DNA of 64,000 nt from NCBI GenBank assembly GCA_001825155.1, contig MHVH01000006.1, forward strand, positions 4,939 through 68,938, read 5' to 3'. The stretch is from Candidatus Zambryskibacteria bacterium RIFCSPHIGHO2_01_FULL_46_25 (GTDB lineage: Bacteria; Patescibacteriota; Minisyncoccia; Phycocordibacterales; Zambryskibacteraceae). Below the pieces are notes generated by a model. That model did not search any database. It was not told where the DNA came from and saw nothing but the letters and a program-made list of their open reading frames with translations. A program made the translations under genes and the position numbers. Shown in pieces: positions 26,739 to 35,878 of the stretch. How positions within the stretch are numbered: the stretch's first letter is position 1; each line of letters opens with the position of its first letter.

Positions 26739-27105
26739 CATTGACAGCCTTGGCTTTCTCTAAAATTGAGCCAAACATTTTTCTAAACTCCACAGCCTCT
26801 TGTATCAGATCATTTCTTACTGATATTTCCTCAGTGTTAGGTTCAGCCAAAGAAAGCCAGTACTCACTCTCCTTAGCTTCTTTTCTAGAAATTTTGATAC
26901 GCATAAAAAAGTCCTTTCTACTAAGAGATTCATTAGCTTCAATGTAGTTTGCTCCTACGGAACCCGAAGAACGTATCAATTGCTTGCCATACTCAAAGTT
27001 CGGAGTTGTTTTAGGCAGCTTTTTGGTATAGTCTCTTACTTTTCTTGCGAAAACTAAACATCTGTCTTCCAAGTCATATTTTTTAGGATTTTGAATTTCG
27101 GACAT
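26734..27105 (-). CDS. four-helix-bundle protein (23S rRNA IVS protein / Avd-like family)
   Basis: YGKQLIRSSGSVGANYIEANESLSRKDFFMRIKISRKEAKESEYWLSL matches the family; residues 4-9 (IQNPKK) are encoded by a TTTAGGATTTT repeat. Confidence 0.65.
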   Translation of the reverse strand: MSEIQNPKKYDLEDRCLVFARKVRDYTKKLPKTTPNFEYGKQLIRSSGSVGANYIEANESLSRKDFFMRIKISRKEAKESEYWLSLAEPNTEEISVRNDLIQEAVEFRKMFGSILEKAKAVNV

Positions 27106-27111
27106 TAAAAT

Positions 27112-27146
27112 TTATTTAGGATTTAGCGCTTAGAATTTAGGATTTG
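27112..27146. repeat. TTTAGGATTT repeat units plus an adjacent palindrome
   Basis: tttatttaggatttagcgcttagaatttaggattt followed by caaaatgcgctaacgcattttg. Confidence 0.75.
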
Positions 27147-27155
27147 CAAAATGCG

Positions 27156-27794
27156 CTAACGCATTTTGATTGGCTTTTCCGTCTCACCTGGATTGAATGC
27201 TTTGTAGAAAAGCTCGATAGTCTCCTCTGTCCCCAACCGTGCAACCCTAATGCCGGAGCGCACAAGGCCCTGCTCTACCACGGACATGCGCTCCTCAAGC
27301 TGGCTTCTCTCCTCTTCGAAGCTGCTATTGCTCGTTTTCTTGTCTTTCCTTCCGCCGCCGATGCCAAGACTTGAGACGAAGTTACCTGCCGCTCCGACGC
27401 TGAGCGTTGCCGGGTTGTAGGGTACCACGATGAAGAAGTGCTTGGTCATAATGTTGGCATCCTCGGTAAACTTCTTGATGAATTCGATATATTCCCTGAC
27501 CTGAATCTTCAAAAGGTTGTTGGTCTGCTTCGTTTCTTGCCCCTCAAGAAGCGCGATGTATGGGCGTATGTCGAGCTTCCTCGACTGGACAAGTATCTGG
27601 ACCGAGAAATCGAGGGAGTTAAGGAAGTCTTGGAATTGGAGAAGAATGGCGTTTCTCTCGTCCTCGCTCTTGAGGGAGAAGTTGAGTGAGGAACAGAGAA
27701 GAATAGCCCGCATGCCGCCGTCCTTAAGTATGACGACACCATCGCGCACCTCCTTGATGGGAACGAACTCTTGAGTGGCATTACTAGATGGCAT
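27156..27794 (-). CDS. hypothetical protein of the type-IV-secretion-like locus
   Basis: Start set at MPSSNATQEF (ATG 27792-94) rather than the TTG-extended ORF ending at 27830; no family recognised. Confidence 0.4.
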   Translation of the reverse strand: MPSSNATQEFVPIKEVRDGVVILKDGGMRAILLCSSLNFSLKSEDERNAILLQFQDFLNSLDFSVQILVQSRKLDIRPYIALLEGQETKQTNNLLKIQVREYIEFIKKFTEDANIMTKHFFIVVPYNPATLSVGAAGNFVSSLGIGGGRKDKKTSNSSFEEERSQLEERMSVVEQGLVRSGIRVARLGTEETIELFYKAFNPGETEKPIKMR

Positions 27795-27800
27795 ACATCT

Positions 27801-27924
27801 AGTATAAACCCTAAAATCATTAAATCCCAAATCCTAAGCACTAAATTCTAAATAAATCCCAAATTCCAAGTATAAAAGACCCAAACCATTTAGAGTTTAG
27901 GATTTAGGGTTTAGGGTTTATACT
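27801..27924. mobile_element. MITE-like element (~124 bp) with 15-bp terminal inverted repeats AGTATAAACCCTAAA / TTTAGGGTTTATACT and internal AAATCCTAA units
   Basis: Read directly; termini are perfect reverse complements; no coding capacity. Confidence 0.7.
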
Positions 27925-27930
27925 ATAGCC

Positions 27931-28368
27931 ATGCGATTCCAAGTACCGCAATTTATAGAAGTCGAGGATAAAATTTTCGGTCCTTTGACCTTCAAACAAT
28001 TTGTCTACGTTGCCGGCGGAGGAGGCATCTGCGTTATCCTCTTCGTTTTCCTGCCGAAATTCCTGGCCATTCTCCTGTCCGTGCCCATAGTTGCATTCGC
28101 TGGAGCACTCGCGTTTTACAAGCCCAACGACAAGCCCTTTATAAACTTTGTGGAATCATTCTTCCACTACAGCCTCAAAAGCAAGCTCTATATATGGAAG
28201 AAAACAGACAACTTACAACCAACAACCGACAACAAAATAAGCGCCAAGCCGATAGAACAGATTTACGTACCAAAGTTGTCGGAATCGAAACTCAGAGAGC
28301 TTACGTGGAGCCTTGATATCAAAGAAAACAGGAATCCCATCACAGACGAGAAATCCAATAGGATTTAA
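27931..28368 (+). CDS. PrgI/VirB3-like type IV secretion membrane protein
   Basis: VPQFIEVEDKIFGPLTFKQFVYVAGGGGICVILFVF resembles the PrgI N-terminal pattern; two TM helices; last 6 codons encoded by the TAGGATTT repeat. Confidence 0.5.
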   Translation: MRFQVPQFIEVEDKIFGPLTFKQFVYVAGGGGICVILFVFLPKFLAILLSVPIVAFAGALAFYKPNDKPFINFVESFFHYSLKSKLYIWKKTDNLQPTTDNKISAKPIEQIYVPKLSESKLRELTWSLDIKENRNPITDEKSNRI

Positions 28369-28386
28369 TGCTTAGGATTTAGAGTT

Positions 28387-28953
28387 TTACTGCAGTGGTT
28401 CCCTGTACGGATCGACTCCGCTTGGATAAGTGGATTTCAATGGCTCATTTACCGGCACCTGAGCCGTTTGGGATTTTTCTTCTTCCTTATTCAACTTATT
28501 AACCTTATTCAACTCGACGCTCGCGGCCTCGTGTACTCCCTCACCCGGCTTAGTCGCGAGCGTTTCTTTCGCAAAATCCGGTTCGAGTACGGGGAGAGTG
28601 GTGGGGGTTGTTGCTGTCGGTGCTTGAACAGATGTGTTTTTTTCCAATTCCTCGACTTTTTGAGAAATTACTTTAAAAATTTTCTCATTTGCCTCTGTTG
28701 CAATGTTGAATGCCAAGTTTTCATCAATTTCTGCCTCGCGCGCCATGTTTGCGACGTAATCATCCGGACTCTCGAAGCCATAGAGAATAAACATCGTTTC
28801 TCTCTCGACAATTTCTGCCTGCTCCAGCTTCAAATTATGCAGTCCGGCAATCTGGTTAACGACAGATTTCCACGGAACAGCGCTGAACGCCTTCTGCAGT
28901 GCCGGCGGCAGTTTTTTCAATTGCTCTTCAACCATAGAGTTCTCGTCATCCAT
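28387..28953 (-). CDS. hypothetical protein (acidic, Thr/Pro-rich linker)
   Basis: ORF track only. Confidence 0.4.
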   Translation of the reverse strand: MDDENSMVEEQLKKLPPALQKAFSAVPWKSVVNQIAGLHNLKLEQAEIVERETMFILYGFESPDDYVANMAREAEIDENLAFNIATEANEKIFKVISQKVEELEKNTSVQAPTATTPTTLPVLEPDFAKETLATKPGEGVHEAASVELNKVNKLNKEEEKSQTAQVPVNEPLKSTYPSGVDPYREPLQ

Positions 28954-29039
28954 AGTATTTATTACTCTATAATATCATCGATTCATTTAAATTAAATTGG
29001 ACGGCCACGTCATGGCCGTCCAATCCTTGCGGGATTTTC

Positions 29040-29585
29040 CTAACTAAACCAACTCATTATCTTATTGGCTACCTCCTGTAGTGTAAAAGCAATTGCCACG
29101 ACGAAGAGGATTAGAAGACCAAAACCGATCAAAAGAGCAAAAACAAGATCTACTTTGTTTTCCCACTCTTTCTTGGCTTCACGTATCCCCCTAACGATTC
29201 TCTCCTTCTCTTCTTGTGCTTTTCTTTTTTGTTCTTCAGTAGCTTGCCGCTGTTTTTCCTCTATTTCAGCCTTACGTTTCCTCGTCTCCTCCTCTTTTTC
29301 GGCAACTTGTTTCCAGTATTCCTCCGAAATGCTCGAGCGGCACATCGGACAACGCTTCGCGCCCTTTTTAAGGGTAATGAAGTAACACTCGGGGCACTTG
29401 TAATCGCCCGGGTTACTCTGCTTGTAAAGAAGAGTATCCAGTCTTTCTGATACTTCTTCTGTTTGCTCTGACAAGCTGCTTAGAATGCTCTGGCGATCCT
29501 CCTCAGCCTGGTCTCTTACACAAGCGGGGCAAACGCTGCTGTACTCAATGCCGTGTTCACTGCAATGGTATCTACCCATAACCAC
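29040..29585 (-). CDS. zinc-ribbon protein with coiled coil and C-terminal TM anchor
   Basis: Two CxxC pairs (CSEHG...CPAC; CPEC...CPMC), Glu/Lys/Arg-rich coiled coil, hydrophobic C-terminus. Confidence 0.4.
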   Translation of the reverse strand: MVMGRYHCSEHGIEYSSVCPACVRDQAEEDRQSILSSLSEQTEEVSERLDTLLYKQSNPGDYKCPECYFITLKKGAKRCPMCRSSISEEYWKQVAEKEEETRKRKAEIEEKQRQATEEQKRKAQEEKERIVRGIREAKKEWENKVDLVFALLIGFGLLILFVVAIAFTLQEVANKIMSWFS

Positions 29586-29693
29586 TCCCTGTTTGTTAAA
29601 GGGCCGAACGAGTTCACTCTATGGATATAATAACACTCATTTTCCATATGTCAATATTTATAAATAAATAAAAAATTTAATTTATTGTGATTC

Positions 29694-31937
29694 TTATTTT
29701 TTCTCTTCCTCTCCACCCTCAGCCTTCTCTTCTTTTGGCTTTTCTTCTCCGCCACCTTCCGCTTTTTCTTTTTCTTTTGCCTCTGCTACTGCTAGTTCTG
29801 CTATTTTTTCTGCGTTAGATTTTCCTTTAGCAGCCGCTCTTATCGCTGCCGCCCTATCCTTGCCACCAATTACATAACCAGAGCCCTTAATGGCGTAGTT
29901 AATAATTTTTTTGGTAAACGGTATTTTCGCGGCAACCCTAAGCGTAGGATTGCGTTTCTCAGAAGTTACTGCCATATTTTCCATTGATTTTTCAAGGGAC
30001 TGTCTTTGTGCCGCATTAGTATCGCGTCTCGCTCTGGTTTCGGCCACGGTAGGTTCAGAAGAATTTTCTGCGTACTCTTTTCTTTTCTTAGCCAATTCTT
30101 TCTCGTGCTCATCTACTTTTTCTTGAGTGAGTTTAATTCGCGCGGCGTGCGCGGTTGCTGCAGCATCATCCATGCCTTTTGTTGTTGTTCCTCTTAATGT
30201 CTTGAGATAATCTTCGTCCTCAGTATGTTCATTAGATTTTGTAATTGCTTTTTCAGCCAAGACATCTAATTTCTTCTGATTTTCAGCTTCATATCCCTTG
30301 TACTTATCGATTTCTTTTTTGTCTGGTTTATACTTCTCAAATTTCTTAGCCAAATCTTTTTGATCTTGGACCCAACCACCCTTTTGAGCCTTACCTGATC
30401 CCATAATTCCTCCTAAGCCTGTGGCACGCATATCAAAACTTGACTTCGCCACCTTGCCAGCGGTAGCGAGTTTAAGTCTCGCCCCCATATCTCCCTGTCT
30501 GGCTCGAGCTTTTAGATCCTCATCATTTAATGCGTTTCCACCCCAACTGCCGATGGTTTTTCTTCCAGTCCAACCAGCCACACCAAGCGTGGCTTTACCA
30601 GCCGCACCCGTCGCCCAGCTGGTGAGTTTGCCCACCTGTGGCCCGGCCTTGTTGGCCCATTCTTTGGCGATGACAAGAGAAATGATGATAAACGCTATTA
30701 CAATTGCAAAATTTATGAATGTGGCAACGATTCCTTCCGAGGCGCCGGAGACTGCCTGGTTACTAGCCACGGAACCTAAATTTCCGATTGCGGAAAAATC
30801 AGCAGCTTTCCCGAACACCGCCTTTTCAGCACCCATAATGCCCGCCAATATTTTGAGACTAATCCAAGTAAGGGCAAAATAGATGGGGGCAAAAAATGCC
30901 TGACCGGAAAGTGCTTTCCACCACTGGTCCCTATACTGATTCATCTCCGGCAGGACGAAGGATAGAAAGGCAATCGGAGAAAGGATGAGGACAATTATTA
31001 GAACAACGTACCGAATAATGAACATTAGGGCAACAGCGAAGAAGACGAACGCCGAGATGAGAAGCAAGATAGAACCCATTATGCCCATAGTGATTATTTC
31101 GCTCATGCTCAAATTTAAACCATTGGTTGATGAGCCGAAGAGAGAAGTCAGTTTAAGATATTGTGTAAACGCATGAGAAAGACCTGTTTCTGAAATTGAG
31201 AAGCCTGTAGCGGCAGCCCCTGGCACGATCGCATCATAAAATGCCAAAGCCAAAACATTTGAAATATCAATAATTACTTTTGTGAAGAAGAGACTGAAAT
31301 TAATGAGTATCGCCACTACTACAATTTTTACGATGAGCTCCTTATTGTTTTTTCCAGTTCCAAGTATTGTCGTTATAGCAGCATAAAGTAGGACGAAGAT
31401 AAAGCCCATATTCCCCAAGTCGCGAATTGTTTTCCAGGCAACGTTTATTCCTTCGATTTTGTCATAGTTTTCTTTAACGTTTACGATTGTATGATAAATA
31501 ACGCCATTCAGAATGATGCCAGCCAAGCCTGTTAGCAAGCTGACGAATCCTAGAACAACATTCACAATCCAACCGAAGAACGGTTTGAAAACTTTTTCTA
31601 CCCACCAGCCAGGATCGTCGGAAGTTGATGGAGCATTACTTACCTTGTTTTCATCGTTTGGAAACCACGCAGCAATTGTGCCATCTTGTTTCGCAAGGGC
31701 AACGCACGCTGGTTTCGTTATATTTTGCTGAACTTTACTTCCCCAAATACATTTCCCAATTTTTTCTTGCGGAGCTGGCACTTGTTCCCCTGGCAATGTA
31801 TCCCCTGGGATGCCCGGGGTTGTCGGTATACTTGGAATTTGTGCCGCAACTTCTTGAGGGGAAACAATTCCGCTTACCGCAAACACAAAACTTAGCGTAA
31901 GTAGGAAGGCTGTTAGTTTTTTGAAATAGCGGTTCAT
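29694..31937 (-). CDS. large polytopic membrane protein, VirB6/TrbL-like, with Lys/Glu-rich cytoplasmic tail
   Basis: Signal/TM start then at least six TM helices; long charged C-terminal tail (KEKAEGGGEEKPKEEKAEGGEEEKK). Confidence 0.4.
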   Translation of the reverse strand: MNRYFKKLTAFLLTLSFVFAVSGIVSPQEVAAQIPSIPTTPGIPGDTLPGEQVPAPQEKIGKCIWGSKVQQNITKPACVALAKQDGTIAAWFPNDENKVSNAPSTSDDPGWWVEKVFKPFFGWIVNVVLGFVSLLTGLAGIILNGVIYHTIVNVKENYDKIEGINVAWKTIRDLGNMGFIFVLLYAAITTILGTGKNNKELIVKIVVVAILINFSLFFTKVIIDISNVLALAFYDAIVPGAAATGFSISETGLSHAFTQYLKLTSLFGSSTNGLNLSMSEIITMGIMGSILLLISAFVFFAVALMFIIRYVVLIIVLILSPIAFLSFVLPEMNQYRDQWWKALSGQAFFAPIYFALTWISLKILAGIMGAEKAVFGKAADFSAIGNLGSVASNQAVSGASEGIVATFINFAIVIAFIIISLVIAKEWANKAGPQVGKLTSWATGAAGKATLGVAGWTGRKTIGSWGGNALNDEDLKARARQGDMGARLKLATAGKVAKSSFDMRATGLGGIMGSGKAQKGGWVQDQKDLAKKFEKYKPDKKEIDKYKGYEAENQKKLDVLAEKAITKSNEHTEDEDYLKTLRGTTTKGMDDAAATAHAARIKLTQEKVDEHEKELAKKRKEYAENSSEPTVAETRARRDTNAAQRQSLEKSMENMAVTSEKRNPTLRVAAKIPFTKKIINYAIKGSGYVIGGKDRAAAIRAAAKGKSNAEKIAELAVAEAKEKEKAEGGGEEKPKEEKAEGGEEEKK

Positions 31938-31940
31938 TTT

Positions 31941-34706
31941 TTAAAATTGATTTCTGGCCGCGTTTTCCGGCACTTTCTCCACCTTAAGCAAGCCCTTGTT
32001 GGTGTGGTGCGCGATGACGAAGTTCGTGCCGTCGAAGACCACGTCCACAGTTACAGAGCCGGAGTCAGGATTCCCCGTGTCGAGGACGATGGCACTTCTG
32101 CTGTTCCACGGTCTTAGGATAACGTATGATTTATTCGTCGAATTGCTTTCCACGGATGTGGCAATCCACGGAGCGCCTCTAACCATGAAGATGTCCGGTT
32201 TTCCCTCGAAGCTGAATGTTCCAATTTTTTTGTTCGTGTCGTTTCCATACGGGTCAACGCCCCGCACGCTTGACCCTCCCGCGTAGAGAATGTATCCGCC
32301 GTTTATGTATGTTTCATTGAACGCTATTTGAGCATCGATTACTTTGCTCAAGGTCGAGCCGTCCCAGACGCATAGGTCCGGGTTGTTGCTTCCGTCGCAG
32401 GCGTGCACTAGCGTATTCCCACCGATCGACAATGCTCCGCCCGGGCTGTTTGCCGCCAGGACGACATTGTCTTTCGTGATTCTTCCGGGATTGCTCGCCA
32501 GATAAGAGGCCCAGTGCCCATCTTTGGCGGCAAAAATTGTTGCGCGGACCAGACTTTTATCGTCATTGGTAATTCTTGGCACCCATTCCCCTACCTTTAC
32601 TTCGTATCTGGCCATTATGCCGTTGTCGACCAATTCGCAAACAAAGGTAAGTGTCGTAGCCGTTATCCATTCTCCAGCCCGGCATCCGGCTCCGGTAGTA
32701 ATTCCCGAGCCAGCCGGATTAGATAAATCCCAAGTCTGATTGGCCTGCAGGTCGGTCACCCAGTTTCCCCCGAAATTGCCGTAAGTTACATATCTTCCGT
32801 CAGGAGACAATTTTCCCCACCAGCCATTGTTGGTCTGCGGACTCCAGGTGCTTATGGGGTTCGCTGTAGTGATGCTTCCTACGCCACCGGAGCTGTTTAC
32901 AAGAATTAATATGCCATTCGACCAGATTTGATTGCCTTGGTAAATTTTAACCGTTGCGTTGCCTTGTGGTAAGTCGGCCGGTACAAGGACTGTTGTCTGC
33001 GTTTTGGCGGAATTGACCGTGCCGACTACGGTATTTCTCGCGCCGGCATTATCATAGAACGAAACTTGGTTCGTGAGATTGCTGCCGTTTATTGTAAGAG
33101 TGGTAACGCCTGCTTGCGCTGTTACCGGGTTAATAGATGTAATAACGGTATTGCTACCGGGAGTTGGATTAGGGTTAGGCCCCGGAGTGGGCGGTTCAGT
33201 ACCGCCTGAACTACATCCACAGTTCGTACCTCCGCCGGATGCCGTACAGTTGAGCGGAATGAATCCGGTGAAGTCGGTGGTAGCCGCCGCGCCTATGGTA
33301 GAAGCACTGCCAATAATTGCGTCATAGCGCTCCATCTTGCCGTCCCCGCTTCTCCAAACGGCAATCAGGTCGCCGGTATTGGGATTATTGTTGCCGTTCA
33401 GCACTTCGTCGGTGGCTTCGTAGCCCATGGAAATAAGTTTTGTTTCAACAAGCGCAAGGAAGGTTCTGGCGTTCTGCCTGCCGCCGGATTCTATGTTTGG
33501 CAGATTTGCCACATCGGGATTCTCCGAAAGAACCGCATTCATTGCGTTACGCAATTCTCCGGCGTACTGGTTCCCGGTCGCGTCGCACGTTCCTCCGCCC
33601 CCGCCTGGTTGTTCAAAGTTTGTTGAGCCCAAGCATGGCGGGCCTACCGTATCGTTCTCGCCACCGTAGAGGCAGATATCAGGCTCTCCGTCTCCGTCAG
33701 TATCCGTGCCGTCGATAATACCATCGCCGTCTATGTCAATCGGCAAGGCTCTTCTGGGGGGCTGCCCTGTCTCGCTTGAGCCTCCTCCTTCACCAGCCAA
33801 CCCTTTGCCACCGCTGAGAACTTTTTGAATTAATTGGGTTACCAGAGCGCCGACTATTTCATCGAATTCGTCTGCCAACTCAAGCTGTCTGATGCCTGTG
33901 CCGAGTACGTTTGCCATCTGGCTCTCGATAAGAGTGCCGGGGGTGGAAATTTTTTGTTCACCGGGGCCAGTGAGGTTTTTGTTGTAACAAACTTTCGTAG
34001 GCTTGCCTGTCCCAGGTTCGATACCATCCATCTCGACGCCATCGCATGTTTTCCAGGAGAGAATGCCTTTTCCCCAATCTAGTTCTTGATTTTTTAGTCC
34101 GATCGCGCTTGCGATACGGCTATCCATATCAACTCTTGCTTTCAGGTACGCTCCGTAAGGATTGTTTGTCGGGTTTTGCGTCATCGAGAACCACGCGTCC
34201 CATCCGCCCTGCGAGAAATCGTCGAAGAATCCCTCAATATTATCGGTTACCTCGCTCAAGGTACATTGATAAGGCAGGGGCTCGTAATATTCCTGCATAA
34301 GCGAAAGTCGGATGTTTGCCTGGAACGGTGAACAGAGTAAGTTAAGGTCACTGCTCATGATGAACTCCCCCGCCATTCCGTCGGCTATGTCCGTGAAGTA
34401 TTGTTTCGGGTTGTTCACATAAGCCGGATTGCCGTCGAAGCCACTGTTAATCCACTTGACGGTGGAGTTGACCAGTTTGTCTATCATGTGCTTTGCCACC
34501 ACCAGCGCTATTGAGTCCCAGCTTAAGCCGGGGACCGTATAGCCGAAAATGGTAATGCCGACCTCCTTCTGTCTTAAGGCGCTGTCGCTTACCGGCACCG
34601 AGGTTTGGGCCAATGCTATTGGAGCGAAGGATAGAAAGGATATCGAGAGAGCAAGAGTAAGAGCTGTAATTTTTTTATAACTCATTGATTGGGGTTGCTC
34701 GACCAA
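31941..34706 (-). CDS. large secreted surface protein (921 aa) with Asp-rich calcium-binding-like repeats and an Ig/IPT-like segment
   Basis: Signal peptide; DIDGDGIIDGTDTDGDGEPD repeats; TVITSINPVTAQAGVTTLTINGSNLTNQ IPT-like segment. Confidence 0.45.
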   Translation of the reverse strand: MVEQPQSMSYKKITALTLALSISFLSFAPIALAQTSVPVSDSALRQKEVGITIFGYTVPGLSWDSIALVVAKHMIDKLVNSTVKWINSGFDGNPAYVNNPKQYFTDIADGMAGEFIMSSDLNLLCSPFQANIRLSLMQEYYEPLPYQCTLSEVTDNIEGFFDDFSQGGWDAWFSMTQNPTNNPYGAYLKARVDMDSRIASAIGLKNQELDWGKGILSWKTCDGVEMDGIEPGTGKPTKVCYNKNLTGPGEQKISTPGTLIESQMANVLGTGIRQLELADEFDEIVGALVTQLIQKVLSGGKGLAGEGGGSSETGQPPRRALPIDIDGDGIIDGTDTDGDGEPDICLYGGENDTVGPPCLGSTNFEQPGGGGGTCDATGNQYAGELRNAMNAVLSENPDVANLPNIESGGRQNARTFLALVETKLISMGYEATDEVLNGNNNPNTGDLIAVWRSGDGKMERYDAIIGSASTIGAAATTDFTGFIPLNCTASGGGTNCGCSSGGTEPPTPGPNPNPTPGSNTVITSINPVTAQAGVTTLTINGSNLTNQVSFYDNAGARNTVVGTVNSAKTQTTVLVPADLPQGNATVKIYQGNQIWSNGILILVNSSGGVGSITTANPISTWSPQTNNGWWGKLSPDGRYVTYGNFGGNWVTDLQANQTWDLSNPAGSGITTGAGCRAGEWITATTLTFVCELVDNGIMARYEVKVGEWVPRITNDDKSLVRATIFAAKDGHWASYLASNPGRITKDNVVLAANSPGGALSIGGNTLVHACDGSNNPDLCVWDGSTLSKVIDAQIAFNETYINGGYILYAGGSSVRGVDPYGNDTNKKIGTFSFEGKPDIFMVRGAPWIATSVESNSTNKSYVILRPWNSRSAIVLDTGNPDSGSVTVDVVFDGTNFVIAHHTNKGLLKVEKVPENAARNQF

Positions 34707-35461
34707 ATTATACCATTGGTTGACATGGCAATTTGGACATTTAAGAACAATTCGTCTTCCTTTTTTGTATTCTGGACTTGCGTTTGAATTGCGGCATAGA
34801 TTTTTACCGGGTCGTCGGAAGATTCCGCAATTGTTTTCATAGCTTCGGCGCTCTGGAAATAGTTGTTGATAATCTCCAGGTGATTTTTGGCAAGCAATGC
34901 TGGCACTTTTATTTTCAGGAGCTCATTTGCCGAGTTAAGATACAAATCCCCGGCTTGCGAGATGAAATCATCAAAGTCTCCTTGGCTTAGATCCCCCGCA
35001 TTCTCGCTCTCTTCTTTGGCTGCCGAAGCATATTTACTGCGCAGGGCAATCATAGCCTTGCCATAATTAAAAATATTTTCCGCCGAGTCGGGAATGATTA
35101 TAAGTTCTTCGATAGCGGCAATCTTTGAGGTTCCGGGTTCTATATTCAAGATGCCGTCTGCGTATCTTTCTGCCAGGTAATCAAGGTTTTCAAGAGAAGT
35201 CTCGCCTCTTGACTTCAGATTGGCGTAATCGGCAAAAAGCTGTCTCGATAAAATGTCCGTAGTCGAGAGTGGGGTGCTACTTGAGGTGTTTAAATTGGTG
35301 TTCAAAAAAGCTTCTTCGCGCGTTGTTGCGGCGCTTTCAGGATTTAGAACGGCAACAATGTTTCCCGTCGGCTTATTGTCGGGAAGTCTGGACCAAAGTG
35401 CCGTCCCGACCATAATTAAAGAGACAATAAGAGCGGATAATATTTTAGCCCTCATAATCAT
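34682..35461 (-). CDS. hypothetical secreted protein
   Basis: N-terminal signal anchor. Confidence 0.4.
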   Translation of the reverse strand: MIMRAKILSALIVSLIMVGTALWSRLPDNKPTGNIVAVLNPESAATTREEAFLNTNLNTSSSTPLSTTDILSRQLFADYANLKSRGETSLENLDYLAERYADGILNIEPGTSKIAAIEELIIIPDSAENIFNYGKAMIALRSKYASAAKEESENAGDLSQGDFDDFISQAGDLYLNSANELLKIKVPALLAKNHLEIINNYFQSAEAMKTIAESSDDPVKIYAAIQTQVQNTKKEDELFLNVQIAMSTNGIIWSSNPNQ

Positions 35462-35506
35462 TAATTGTATCAGATAAATACGTGGTTTATTGTGTATAAT
35501 GAGGAT

Positions 35507-35878
35507 ATGAAAACCGCCTTGTTATCCGTTCTGCTCTCCTTTGCCATGTTATTCCCTGTTTCTTACGCAAAGGCACAAATAATGCCATTTGGCGGACTTT
35601 CTACTTTCTTCGTTCCATGCACTTGTTCGGGCAACCTAGCTATATGGTTTGCCCCATTTTTCCTCGGCGGACCAGCAATTGCGACTGGGTTCATCACTTA
35701 TTCGCCATATGCTACTTTCCAATACTCCGATTACATGGCTGGGATGCCTGATGTGTGGTATCTTGGGTCTTATATACCTGGAGTACAAGCTTGTTATATA
35801 TATGTGGGAGTGACTTGCACGTTATTTCCCACAATTGGGCTCATGACACAAGTTGGAACGGGTTTACCGGGGATATAA
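35507..35878 (+). CDS. small hydrophobic secreted protein (possible pilin-like)
   Basis: Start set at MKTALLSVLLSFAM; signal peptide then Gly/aromatic-rich hydrophobic body. Confidence 0.3.
   Translation: MKTALLSVLLSFAMLFPVSYAKAQIMPFGGLSTFFVPCTCSGNLAIWFAPFFLGGPAIATGFITYSPYATFQYSDYMAGMPDVWYLGSYIPGVQACYIYVGVTCTLFPTIGLMTQVGTGLPGI

Noticed and set aside
27901-27924. Tandem TTTAGGG units (a plant-telomere-like motif)
   Set aside because: Only two units, embedded in the inverted terminus of the MITE-like repeat on a bacterial chromosome. Not telomeric.
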